Part shown: positions 16,633 through 26,220 of the stretch, piece after piece | Layout: every line of letters begins with the position of its first letter | Numbering within the stretch: the first letter of the stretch is position 1 | Source: Promethearchaeia archaeon | GTDB lineage: Archaea > Asgardarchaeota > Lokiarchaeia > Sigyniarchaeales > SOKP01 | NCBI GenBank assembly: GCA_029856155.1 | Contig: JAHQWL010000064.1 | Location: 1-29,370, forward strand | DNA length: 29,370 nucleotides | Direction: 5' to 3' | The notes under the pieces: model-generated | What the model was told of the DNA's origin: nothing | Seen by the model: the letters and a program-made list of their open reading frames with translations, nothing else | Databases searched by the model: none | Translations under genes and position numbers: made by a program

Positions 16633-17784
16633 CTATTTTCTTAATGACTCTAAAATATAATCAGTTATATATTTACTTTCTTTATCCATTTGATTCTTAA
16701 AGTTAACATATCTAAAATTAAACACACATAAAGGACAAGAGGTAACTATTTCTTTAGATTCGATATTGTTGAATAATTCTTTACCTATTTTAATACAAAT
16801 ACTACTATCAACACCCCTAATTCCGGAACCTGCTCCACAACAAGGACATTCTTCTGGATTCTCGGATAATTCTTTGATTTCTAATCCACATTTTTTTAAA
16901 AGCTGTCGAGGTTCAGAGTAAAGAGGACTACTTTTATTTTTTCTACCAACTCGACAAGCATCATGGTAGGTGATTATTTTATTCAATGGGTTTAATGTAA
17001 TTTTATTATTTTTTTCCAACTCATAAATAACATCAATTATGTGTCTCACTTTTATATTGAAATCTTTAAAATATTTTCTGTATACATTATCAAAGGCATA
17101 CAAACAACCTCCACATGTAACTATCAAATTTTTTATTCCAATCTTTTTAAAGAGTTCAATGTTTTCTTGAAACATCTTCTTAGCAAGATTAAGATTTCCA
17201 GCGGAATATACATATTCTCCACAACATGGTTCTTCTTCTAAAATTTTAAAATCATAACCTGCAAGTTTTAAAATTTTATAGGGAGCAAGAGCACTTTCCG
17301 TTACACGAAATGAAGACATACATCCAAAAAATAACAGAGTATCTGAGTCTTTCTTTTCAAATAATTCTTTTGCTTTATAACTTTCAGGCAACCAATTTAA
17401 TCTATCTTCTGGATTTCCACCAACAGAATTATCTTTTTCAATAATACCTCTTATAATTTTATTGTGTATTTCTAATGGAGCTTTATTTTCATCCACAAGC
17501 TTAACTTTTGATGAATGAATAATCTCTGATATTTGAATTTCTTGTTGACAAGTTAAATCACACAATCCACATAATGTACAAGTATAGAGCCCCTTACGTT
17601 CTTCTTCTGTTATGGGATTATTAGAAAAAACTTTTTCAGCAATTTTTAATCTTCCGTTAGGTGATTTTAACTCATCGAGAGTAACCTTGTAAGTATCGCA
17701 TACTTCCATACAATCCTTACAGTCTATACATGAATTTATTTCGGTTAATATTTTATTAACATCCATTTCAATATCATTTTTCAT
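16633..17784 (-). CDS. Fe-S oxidoreductase, HdrD/GlcF/GlpC-like (2x[4Fe-4S] plus two CCG domains)
   Basis: CIDCKDCMEVC, CTLCGLCDLTC, EPCCG, VTCGGC, YHDAC, CCGAG, TSCPLC. Confidence 0.9.
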   Translation of the reverse strand: MKNDIEMDVNKILTEINSCIDCKDCMEVCDTYKVTLDELKSPNGRLKIAEKVFSNNPITEEERKGLYTCTLCGLCDLTCQQEIQISEIIHSSKVKLVDENKAPLEIHNKIIRGIIEKDNSVGGNPEDRLNWLPESYKAKELFEKKDSDTLLFFGCMSSFRVTESALAPYKILKLAGYDFKILEEEPCCGEYVYSAGNLNLAKKMFQENIELFKKIGIKNLIVTCGGCLYAFDNVYRKYFKDFNIKVRHIIDVIYELEKNNKITLNPLNKIITYHDACRVGRKNKSSPLYSEPRQLLKKCGLEIKELSENPEECPCCGAGSGIRGVDSSICIKIGKELFNNIESKEIVTSCPLCVFNFRYVNFKNQMDKESKYITDYILESLRK

Positions 17785-17842
17785 AATATTAGATTATATA
17801 CTAATTTTTCTAACTTATAATGACCAAATTTAAATTAATCGC

Positions 17843-17850
17843 TTTATAAA
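17843..17850. promoter_or_regulatory. Palindromic TTTATAAA, candidate TATA box in the divergent Fe-S protein/CoADR intergenic region
   Basis: Matches the archaeal TATA consensus 45 nt upstream of ATG 17896. The AT-rich background weakens this. Confidence 0.3.
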
Positions 17851-17895
17851 AATAGTTTAAGAGATTGTAAACAAATAAAGAATTAGGTTATTTTT

Positions 17896-20280
17896 ATGAA
17901 AAGGGTAGTAATAGTTGGTGGGGTAGCGGGAGGTGCTTCTGCTGCCGCTAGATTAAGACGATTAAGAGAAGACTTCGAAATAATTATGTTAGATCGAGGT
18001 CCATACGTATCATTCGCGAATTGCGGATTACCTTACTATGTAGGGAACATAATAAAAGATCGTGAATCATTAGAATTAGTGACACCAGAAAGATTCCTCG
18101 AGAGATTTAATATTGATGTTCGGGTTAATAATGAGGTAATTTCAATAGATAAAGACAAGAAAAATGTTAAAGTAAAAGATTTAAAGCAATTGAATGAATA
18201 CACTCTTGATTATGACTATTTAATTCTAGCAACCGGCTCAAAACCAATAGTACCTTCATTTAAGGGGCTTGATAATGTTCCTTATTTTACAGTATGGACT
18301 ATTCCAGATGCTATAAAAATACGTGACTATGTTGAAAAATCTTATATAAACAAGGCAGTTATCGTCGGAGGAGGATTTATTGGGTTAGAAATGGCAGAAA
18401 ATTTAGCGGAGAAAGGAGTGAAAGTCAAAATCGTTGAAATGTTAGATCAAGTTATGCCACCAATTGATAAGGAAATAGCGCAATTTATTCATCAAGAACT
18501 AATATTAAATGGAGTTTGTTTGGTTTTAGAAGATCCTATAGATTCTTTCGGTAGAACTGAAAAAGATAAACCATTTGTTAAGACAAAAAGTGGTCGTATA
18601 ATAGAGACTGATTTAATCATTTTATCTATTGGTATTAGCCCCGAAAGTTCATTAGCCAAAGATCTTGGTTTGGAATTGACAGAAAGGGGATACGTTGTTG
18701 TAGACAGAAAAATGCAAACATCTGAACCAAATATTTATGCTGTAGGGGATATTGTTCAAGTTCAGCATTTTCAAACAAAGAATCCAATCTCAATAGCTCT
18801 AGCGGGTCCAGCAAATAAACAAGGAAGAATAGCTGCAGATAATATTGCTGGAAGAGATTCAGAATATAAGGGGGTTTTGGGCGCATCAGTTGTTAAAGTT
18901 TTTGATATAACCGTTGCTTCCGTAGGGTTAACAGAAAAACAATTAAAAAAATTAAGATTCAATTATGATAAGATATATATTCATCCCAATAATCATGCTG
19001 GGTACTATCCCGGAGCTATTCCAATAACTTTTAAATTAATTTTTGAAGTTCCAAGTGGAAAAATTCTTGGAGCTCAAGCTGTTGGAGGTCCAGGAACAGA
19101 AAAAAGAATTGATGTTATCTCAACTGTAATTAAATTTAATGGTACTGTTTATGATTTGGAAGAATTAGAATTAACTTATGCTCCTCCATATGGTTCTGCA
19201 AAGGATCCTATAAATATGGCTGGGTTTGTTGCTGCTAACTATCTTAGAAAAGATATGCCAGTTTGGCATTGGCATGATTTTTATACTATTAATAATAATG
19301 GTGGTATTTTACTAGACGTCAGAACTAAAGAAGAATTTGCGGCTAGAACCATTGAGAGCTCAATAAACATACCAATTGAAGAACTTAGAAGCCGTCTAGA
19401 TGAGATACCTAATAATAAAGCAATCTATGTGTACTGTGAAGTAGGATATAGGAGTTATTTAGCATTAAGAATTCTACTACAAAGTGGGTTTAAAGAAGTG
19501 TATGAATTAACTGGAGGATTCAAAATTTTTGAGATGGCAAATGCTACAACAGAAGAAATCATGGCTGCATGCGGTGGATCTGAAAATGTTATCGAAGAAT
19601 TTGTCCATGAAAAAGCTACTGAAACTGAAGATTATATAACAGTTGATGCTTGTGGGCTCTCATGTCCTGGACCTTTGAATTCATTAATTAAAGGCCTTGA
19701 AACCTTACCAGAAAATAAGAAATTAAAAGTATATGCAACAGATCCTGGATTTAAATCAAGTGTTGAGGCTTATTCTAAATTGCATGAAGCTGTAAATTTA
19801 TTATATCTTGGAAAAGAAGAAGGGAAGTTAATTGCTACATTAGAAAAGGTTCAACCTATTGAAGTTATAACTCCTCTTAAAAAGAAAAGTAGAAAAGAAC
19901 TAAGAGCTCCTGATACACCTCCAGTTTCAGATATCACTGCTGATGAATTATTTGAACGTATTGGTACTGAAGACGAACCACCTCTTATGATTGATGTTCG
20001 AACGCCACAAGAATATCAAGGTCCCGGAGGTTATCTAAAAAATACTAAATTGATTCCTTTAGGAGAGTTATTAAATAATCCAGATATTATCAAGGATTAT
20101 AAAGATGAGGAAATAGTAGCAATCTGTCACTCTGGGTCTCGTTCCATGATGGCAGCTCAAATTCTAGCACAATCTGGGTTTAAAGATATTAGAAATTTAA
20201 CAGGTGGAATGATGATGTGGCATAGGAAAGGTTATCCCATAGAGTTAGAAGAAGAAAGAATGACAGCAACTTTTTATTAA
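17896..20280 (+). CDS. CoA-disulfide/persulfide reductase multidomain protein: CoADR + rhodanese + TusA + rhodanese
   Basis: GGVAGG, SFANCGLPY, GGGFIG, YAPPY; rhodanese YCEVGYRS; TusA DACGLSCPGP; second rhodanese ICHSGSRS. Confidence 0.92.
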   Translation: MKRVVIVGGVAGGASAAARLRRLREDFEIIMLDRGPYVSFANCGLPYYVGNIIKDRESLELVTPERFLERFNIDVRVNNEVISIDKDKKNVKVKDLKQLNEYTLDYDYLILATGSKPIVPSFKGLDNVPYFTVWTIPDAIKIRDYVEKSYINKAVIVGGGFIGLEMAENLAEKGVKVKIVEMLDQVMPPIDKEIAQFIHQELILNGVCLVLEDPIDSFGRTEKDKPFVKTKSGRIIETDLIILSIGISPESSLAKDLGLELTERGYVVVDRKMQTSEPNIYAVGDIVQVQHFQTKNPISIALAGPANKQGRIAADNIAGRDSEYKGVLGASVVKVFDITVASVGLTEKQLKKLRFNYDKIYIHPNNHAGYYPGAIPITFKLIFEVPSGKILGAQAVGGPGTEKRIDVISTVIKFNGTVYDLEELELTYAPPYGSAKDPINMAGFVAANYLRKDMPVWHWHDFYTINNNGGILLDVRTKEEFAARTIESSINIPIEELRSRLDEIPNNKAIYVYCEVGYRSYLALRILLQSGFKEVYELTGGFKIFEMANATTEEIMAACGGSENVIEEFVHEKATETEDYITVDACGLSCPGPLNSLIKGLETLPENKKLKVYATDPGFKSSVEAYSKLHEAVNLLYLGKEEGKLIATLEKVQPIEVITPLKKKSRKELRAPDTPPVSDITADELFERIGTEDEPPLMIDVRTPQEYQGPGGYLKNTKLIPLGELLNNPDIIKDYKDEEIVAICHSGSRSMMAAQILAQSGFKDIRNLTGGMMMWHRKGYPIELEEERMTATFY

Positions 20281-20358
20281 TCTAATAATCTTCAGATTTT
20301 TCTCTAAATTATACGTAAAAAAGGTTAGAAAAACACGAAATAACATTTTTTTTATCAA

Positions 20359-21123
20359 TTAAATAAAAGGTAATAACCCGGGATTTCCAAATGCAGCTAA
20401 AGTTATCTCAATTCCGATATATAACAAAATAATTGCAAATATTTTTTGGAGTTTGGAACCAATCTTAATTAATTTAACAAAAAATATTTGTTTAATTTTA
20501 CCTATTAAGGTTCCAATAAGTAGGTAAGGAATTATAATTCCTAAAGCATAACACATAAATAAAATAATCCCGATACTAAAATTAGCTTGATCAGTCACTA
20601 TTAAAACAATGGATAGATAAATTGGGGTAATACAACCAATCCATGAAAATCCCATCGAAAATCCAAGCATGAATGAGCCACCATACCCTTCATACTTCAT
20701 TAATTCATTGTCAATAGTATTCGCATCGATTGTTTTTGAATTGCTTTCTTTTTCATTGTATTCTAATTCGTTTTGATTGTTGTTAGTATTCTGGGATGAA
20801 CTTAAAATCTGTTTGGTTCTTGTAAACTGTTTTGCAAAATAAATGTAAATTGATAAAATGATTATTGTCAAACCAGAGAACAGCTTTAACCAAAAGGTAA
20901 ATCTTATGAATCCTGAGATAATAATATATAAGGTAGCAATTAATGAAAACATTAAAATAAATCCTAACGAAAAAAATAAACTCATTAATAAAGCCTTTTT
21001 TGGAGTATTGGTTTGACTTGCTAAATAAAGCATAAAGGTTGGGAGTGTAACTACATTACATGGTGTTAAAAAAGATATTAAACCTCCAATAATAGCTAAA
21101 AAAAAGAGAAATATATCGATCAT
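20359..21123 (-). CDS. ccdA: CcdA/DsbD-type transmembrane electron transporter
   Basis: SFLTPCNVVTLP and WIGCITPIY Cys motifs in a ~6-TM protein. Confidence 0.85.
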   Translation of the reverse strand: MIDIFLFFLAIIGGLISFLTPCNVVTLPTFMLYLASQTNTPKKALLMSLFFSLGFILMFSLIATLYIIISGFIRFTFWLKLFSGLTIIILSIYIYFAKQFTRTKQILSSSQNTNNNQNELEYNEKESNSKTIDANTIDNELMKYEGYGGSFMLGFSMGFSWIGCITPIYLSIVLIVTDQANFSIGIILFMCYALGIIIPYLLIGTLIGKIKQIFFVKLIKIGSKLQKIFAIILLYIGIEITLAAFGNPGLLPFI

Positions 21124-21180
21124 ATTTTAGAAAATTGTTTTCTTTATGTTGTTAATTAAATATTATTTTTTATTTTTATT

Positions 21181-21852
21181 TTACAAAGCATCAATAACAT
21201 CCTTTATTTGATTATAATGATTAGGAACATTACCAAAGAACCTTTCAACCTCACCACCATCCTTATCTAATATTATAGTTGTTGGAGTATATGCAATATT
21301 AAAAGATGAAGCATATATATTAGAAATATCATCACGAACTATCGATCGATCTAAATTATGATCATTTGCAAATTGGTTTAAACCATCATTTGAATCCCAT
21401 GAATGTACTGTTATAAGAAGTATAAATACTTGACTGTTTGAATAATCATCATCAATATCACTTATAATATCTGCCTCAGGTCCACAAGGGGGACAGTCTA
21501 AATCAAAGAAAAATAAAAGAATAATTTTCCCTTGATGATCTGCTAATTCAATCGTACCACCATTAATAGTGTTAAAGATTATATCGGTTTTATAGGGATT
21601 TGAATTATCTCCCGTTCCCACCCTATTATCAAGGGAAGTTATCATGAAAATTATTATAACTACAAAAACTGCCCCAATTATAATTAAATAGGGAACAAAA
21701 GTTTCAGTAAACTTTTTTTTAGGTGTAGAATCGTATCTCTTTGATTTAATACTTGAAGGAGTATATTTATTCTTTTTTTTTCTTTTTCTTTTTGATTTTT
21801 TTATAGTTAATTTTTGTTTTTTCTTTGCTTTCAATTCTTTAGGCAATTTCAT
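21181..21852 (-). CDS. Membrane-anchored TlpA/ResA-like thioredoxin-fold protein
   Basis: TM helix, then GKIILLFFFDLDCPPC and the cis-Pro motif YTPTTIILDKDG. Confidence 0.88.
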   Translation of the reverse strand: MKLPKELKAKKKQKLTIKKSKRKRKKKNKYTPSSIKSKRYDSTPKKKFTETFVPYLIIIGAVFVVIIIFMITSLDNRVGTGDNSNPYKTDIIFNTINGGTIELADHQGKIILLFFFDLDCPPCGPEADIISDIDDDYSNSQVFILLITVHSWDSNDGLNQFANDHNLDRSIVRDDISNIYASSFNIAYTPTTIILDKDGGEVERFFGNVPNHYNQIKDVIDAL

Positions 21853-21894
21853 AAATTTTACCTACATTTCGCATAAATTATACAATTCTGTTTT

Positions 21895-22221
21895 TTAATC
21901 AACCTTACATGTGTTTTTAATAATTGGATTAATATTTTTAATAATTAATCTTTTTTTTAAAATTCCATTTATATCTAATTGGAATTCCTCTAATTTTCCA
22001 TAAATTTTAATAAACCAATCAGATAAATATAATATCAAATTATCTTTAGACACTTTTTCAAAATCTTTATATTTATCTAAATCAACATCTTTAATTTTTT
22101 CTACTGTTGGGTTGTATATTTGAGTACATGGCTCCTCAATAAAGATAATATCAACTAAGAAGTTCAATGTGTTACTTTTTTTTAGAAATTCTTTAGATTT
22201 ATTTGATAGCGAGATTGACAT
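21895..22221 (-). CDS. Hypothetical protein, possibly HesB-like fold
   Basis: 108-aa ORF co-oriented with tlpA/ccdA. The N-terminal ISLSNKSKEFL resembles HesB-type starts; two Cys. Confidence 0.6.
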   Translation of the reverse strand: MSISLSNKSKEFLKKSNTLNFLVDIIFIEEPCTQIYNPTVEKIKDVDLDKYKDFEKVSKDNLILYLSDWFIKIYGKLEEFQLDINGILKKRLIIKNINPIIKNTCKVD

Positions 22222-22470
22222 AAGGACAAATAATAATTCTATTCTATTGAAACTAATCTTCTACATAAACAGTTATCTTTATGGTTTAAATATTTTTCCG
22301 TAAGTTGCTTCATAAAAAAGAAGAATAAACGAATTATATAACTAATTTAATCTTGTTAATTTCTGCTTTTAAAAAATAAGTAAAAATATTAAAAAAAAGG
22401 GGAAATAATATAAATTCAAATATGTTCATATATTACGAATTTCCAATTTAAAAAATTGAGGTGTAAAACT

Positions 22471-23061
22471 ATGAAAGAAACTGCTAAAAAATTATATACC
22501 GCATACGTTGGCGAATCTCAAGCACGTAATAGATATAACTATTTTTCTAAAGTCGCGAAAAAAGAAGGATTTGTGTTAGTATCAAAAATCTTTGATGAAA
22601 CATCAGATCAAGAAAAGGAGCATGGTAGTTGGTTCTATAAAATGCTCCAACAGTTTAAGAAGGAAGAAAGATTTGATGAAATGAAAGTTATTCCGGATGC
22701 AGAATTCCCAACTACTCTCGGGACTACAATAGAAAATCTGAAATCCGCAATAGCCGGAGAAAATATGGAATGGCAAACACTTTACCCTGACATTGTTAAG
22801 ACCGCTGAAAAAGAAGGATATCCTGACGTTGCCAAAAGAGTTCTTGCAATTATGAAGGCTGAAAAACACCATTCCGAGAGATATGGTAAACTCTTAAAGT
22901 TAGTTGGTGATGATGCTTTCTTCAAACGTGGTAAAAAAGTCGTCTGGGTATGCATGGAGTGCGGTTATGAAGTTGAAATGGATGAATTACCCAAAGACTT
23001 TAAATGTCCATCTTGTGACCATCCTCGAGAGTACTATAGAAAGAAATGCGAAGATTTCTAA
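22471..23061 (+). CDS. rbr: Rubrerythrin
   Basis: GESQARNRY, QEKEH, GENME, AEKHH, C-terminal CMEC…CPSCDHP. SD GAGGTG precedes ATG 22471. Confidence 0.95.
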   Translation: MKETAKKLYTAYVGESQARNRYNYFSKVAKKEGFVLVSKIFDETSDQEKEHGSWFYKMLQQFKKEERFDEMKVIPDAEFPTTLGTTIENLKSAIAGENMEWQTLYPDIVKTAEKEGYPDVAKRVLAIMKAEKHHSERYGKLLKLVGDDAFFKRGKKVVWVCMECGYEVEMDELPKDFKCPSCDHPREYYRKKCEDF

Positions 23062-23152
23062 AAAAATTAAATTAAGTTTTAATTTAAAATCAAAATCATT
23101 AAATATTAAATTAAATGATTTAACAAACAAAAGGTTAAAAGTGAGAAGAAAA

Positions 23153-23539
23153 ATGAAGCAAAAAGAAATCTATAGATGCTCTATATGCGGAAAAGTAATC
23201 GAGATTTTAAACCCCGCTTCTCCCGAGACAATCTGCTGTGGAAAACCAATGATATTAATGGAGGAACAAACTAAAGACTGGAAAACAGAGAAGCACGTTC
23301 CTAAAATCACGATTGAGGGTAATAAGGTCACTGTTGACGTAGGGATTTCAATGGGAACTCCTCATCCTATGACTAACGAGCACTATATTATGTGGATTGA
23401 AATAATTTGTAAAGATGGATGCTACGAAAGAAGATTCTTGAAACCTGGTATGGAACCTAAAGCAACTTTTACTGTTGCTAAACCAGAAGGTCTCTGGGCT
23501 CGAGAATTTTGTAATATACACTTTTTATGGAAAAATTAA
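23153..23539 (+). CDS. dfx: Desulfoferrodoxin (2Fe superoxide reductase)
   Basis: YRCSICG…CCGKPM, EKHVP, HPM…HYI, FCNIH. The true start is taken as ATG 23153. Confidence 0.95.
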   Translation: MKQKEIYRCSICGKVIEILNPASPETICCGKPMILMEEQTKDWKTEKHVPKITIEGNKVTVDVGISMGTPHPMTNEHYIMWIEIICKDGCYERRFLKPGMEPKATFTVAKPEGLWAREFCNIHFLWKN

Positions 23540-23665
23540 ATTTTAAATTAATTAAATATTTTTTTTTTATTTCTTATATAATGTAAAATAATGATGCTTT
23601 TAGCTTTTAGAACACTATTTTTATTATCCAAATCAATTTACCTTATTATAAACTGAAGAGAGAGA

Positions 23666-25021
23666 ATGATAATATTATTACAGCTATTTGTAATTTTCTG
23701 TTTTAGTATAGTAATTATAGCACTTTTTCGTGAAAAAACAGATTTTTTAACCTATAGTGTGTTAGCTATGTTAGCTGCTGCAACAGTTACATATCTTTTT
23801 TCTCCAACTCTAGTTCCAATTGAAGGTTTTTTTCTAGCAATTGATTGGCAAGTAGTCTTCTTTTTAATCTCAATGTTTACAATTGTCGAAGTACTAAAAG
23901 ATAAACGTATTTTTAATGAAATCGCATTAAGAATTACTAAAAAATTTAGTACTAATACACGTCAATTTTTTTGGGTAATATGTTTAATTTCAACTATTAG
24001 TGCGGCTTTTATAGAAGATATTTCAGTTGCAATTATTTTTCTTCCAATGATAATTAGTACAGGTAAAAAAATACGAATCAATCCTACTCCCATTTTATTA
24101 GGTATGACTATTTGTATCAATCTTGCGTCAACCTTAACTCCTTTTGGTTCGGCTGAGAATATTTTAATTGCAAATAAATTTAATCTCTCCACAGATTGGT
24201 TTTTTATTAGTTTAGGGATTTATTTTGTAATTGGAGTATTATTAACTTTATTATTATTAGACCAATTCTATCTTAAAAAACATTTTAAAGATATTTGGGT
24301 ACCCCATTGTGTTGAATACGAAGAGCCTGTGGAGAAAGAACATATAGAAGAACATGAATTAATTATAATGGAAGAACACATCAATCCAAAATTATTTTAC
24401 AAAAACTTAATTACTTTACTCATTTTTTTTGTTTTGTTAATTTTAATACCAAATATACTTTTTGTTGGATTATTTGGAATGTTATTATTTGTATTTATTA
24501 ATCCACGTAGACAAGAATCTGGTAAAAAAAAACCAGATATTTCATATTATTTTAAAGAAGTAGATTATAAACTAATTTTTTTCTTTATTTGTCTTTTTGT
24601 TTTGGTATATTGTTTTGAAGTTGTAGGTATTATTAGTATAATTGAAGATTTCATAAATCTTATTTCTCCAGAAGATATTTTCCTATTATCAATCTTTATT
24701 TTGATATTAACATCTATTCTTTCAGGCTTTCTCGATAATCTTCCAGTAACAGTCATTTTAATTCCAGTTTTACAATCATTTATTTCTTCGGGATTTTCCT
24801 CTATTCCTCTTTTAATTGCATTCATTTTGGGAATCAATTTGGGAGGAAACTTTTTACCACAAGGTTCTGCTGTTGACATGATAACTTTGGAGCATTCTAA
24901 GAAACATTGTGTGGATGGTATGAATTATAAGAAATTGTTTAAAGTCGGCGGTCTTTTTGCGTTGTTTCATATTATTTTAGGAATTGGATATCTTGCGATC
25001 ATTACGTGCTTATTTTTTTGA
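23666..25021 (+). CDS. ArsB/NhaD/SLC13 (IT superfamily) transporter
   Basis: IDWQVVFFLISM, SAAFIED, TPFGSAENIL, SGFLDNLP, GINLGGNFLPQGS; about 12 TM helices. Confidence 0.88.
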   Translation: MIILLQLFVIFCFSIVIIALFREKTDFLTYSVLAMLAAATVTYLFSPTLVPIEGFFLAIDWQVVFFLISMFTIVEVLKDKRIFNEIALRITKKFSTNTRQFFWVICLISTISAAFIEDISVAIIFLPMIISTGKKIRINPTPILLGMTICINLASTLTPFGSAENILIANKFNLSTDWFFISLGIYFVIGVLLTLLLLDQFYLKKHFKDIWVPHCVEYEEPVEKEHIEEHELIIMEEHINPKLFYKNLITLLIFFVLLILIPNILFVGLFGMLLFVFINPRRQESGKKKPDISYYFKEVDYKLIFFFICLFVLVYCFEVVGIISIIEDFINLISPEDIFLLSIFILILTSILSGFLDNLPVTVILIPVLQSFISSGFSSIPLLIAFILGINLGGNFLPQGSAVDMITLEHSKKHCVDGMNYKKLFKVGGLFALFHIILGIGYLAIITCLFF

Positions 25022-25051
25022 TAATTTTATTGACTAAAAATTAGATTAAAA

Positions 25052-25609
25052 GTGGAAAAAATAGAAAAAGAAAAGGCAATTATTTTAGATCGAGATGGCA
25101 CCTTAATTGAGGACAAGAATTATGCTTATAAAATAGAAGACTTTGAACTATTGCCTGGTGTTATTGAGGGATTAAAATTACTCCAGAATGAGTTCCTATT
25201 TTTTATAGTAACAAATCAGTCAGGAATAGGTCGAGGATATTACACAGTTAAAGATTTTCATAAATTCAATAATCTTTTAATAGAAACCTTGAAGGAACAA
25301 AATATTATAATTACAAAAACCTATTTTTGTCCACATTTAAAAGAGGACAAATGTGATTGTAGGAAGCCTAAAACAAAGTTTATTGATATGATTAATGAGG
25401 AATTTATTATTGATTTAAATGAATCTTTTGTTATTGGTGATCATCCTTCTGATATTGAGTTTGGAATAAATGCGGGTTGTAAAACAATTTTTCTCACTAC
25501 GGGACATGGTTATAAACATTTAGATGATCTTAAATCCCTAGGGATAAAACCGACGATTATAAGTGATAATTTCTTTGGAGTCGCAAAAGAAATTTTGAAG
25601 TTTCTGTAA
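25052..25609 (+). CDS. HAD-IIIA phosphatase, GmhB/HisB-N-like
   Basis: LDRDGTL, VTNQSGIGRG, CPH…CDCRKP, IGD. Confidence 0.9.
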   Translation: MEKIEKEKAIILDRDGTLIEDKNYAYKIEDFELLPGVIEGLKLLQNEFLFFIVTNQSGIGRGYYTVKDFHKFNNLLIETLKEQNIIITKTYFCPHLKEDKCDCRKPKTKFIDMINEEFIIDLNESFVIGDHPSDIEFGINAGCKTIFLTTGHGYKHLDDLKSLGIKPTIISDNFFGVAKEILKFL

Positions 25610-25692
25610 TCCTTAACTCTTATAAGCGATCATTATAAAAGTGTATAATGCTAATAATCTATTATAATTTGATATAAGATTATTTTTAAAAC

Positions 25693-26142
25693 ATGTCCTT
25701 ATTCTTTAAAAAGTTAAACAATGCAGGTCTGTGGGATAAAATTCAAAAATTAAGAGAACTTATTAAAGCTGAAATATATTTTAAGAAAAGAACATGCTGG
25801 AATTGTGATAAAGATCTGAATATTTACGATTTTTTAAATGATAACGTTGATTTTTCTCCCGAATACATTTTGAAATTATGGCAAACTTCAATATTAGAAT
25901 TTCATTGTTGTGAATGTTTTAGATATCTTAAAATCCATGAATTAAAGAATATTGAAAAAGTGGTAAAAGAAAGAAAATGTTTATTCTGTGAAACTCCGAT
26001 AGATATATACAAATTTAGCAAATTTCATAATTATCTAAAAATTTTTGAACTAAGAAATCTCTGGTTAGATACAAATTTTCAAGTTTTCTGTGATAACTTG
26101 TGCCAACGTAAATATTATAACGATTTACTACGATTTTCTTAA
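25693..26142 (+). CDS. Hypothetical Cys-rich protein with two tandem putative zinc-binding modules
   Basis: CWNC…CCEC and CLFC…CDNLC in two similar halves. Confidence 0.7.
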   Translation: MSLFFKKLNNAGLWDKIQKLRELIKAEIYFKKRTCWNCDKDLNIYDFLNDNVDFSPEYILKLWQTSILEFHCCECFRYLKIHELKNIEKVVKERKCLFCETPIDIYKFSKFHNYLKIFELRNLWLDTNFQVFCDNLCQRKYYNDLLRFS

Positions 26143-26220
26143 TAAAAAGAAATTGAAAAAACAGAATCAGCTAAAATATAAGAATTAATAATAAAAAATA
26201 TAAATTTTTAATATTTATTT

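Noticed and set aside
14307-18962. ORFs 14307-14564, 14611-14937, 15942-16166, 17041-17241, 18635-18886, 18771-18962
   Set aside because: All lie antisense to better-supported genes and carry no motifs.
21895-22221. Possible selenoprotein (HesB-like/CC-Se type)
   Set aside because: No in-frame TGA, and the ORF ends in TAA.
22904-23152. N-terminal 83 codons of the 211-aa ORF preceding desulfoferrodoxin (apparent overlap or frameshift fusion with rubrerythrin)
   Set aside because: Rubrerythrin is complete with its own stop, and Dfx homology begins at ATG 23153. The extension is an incidental open frame.
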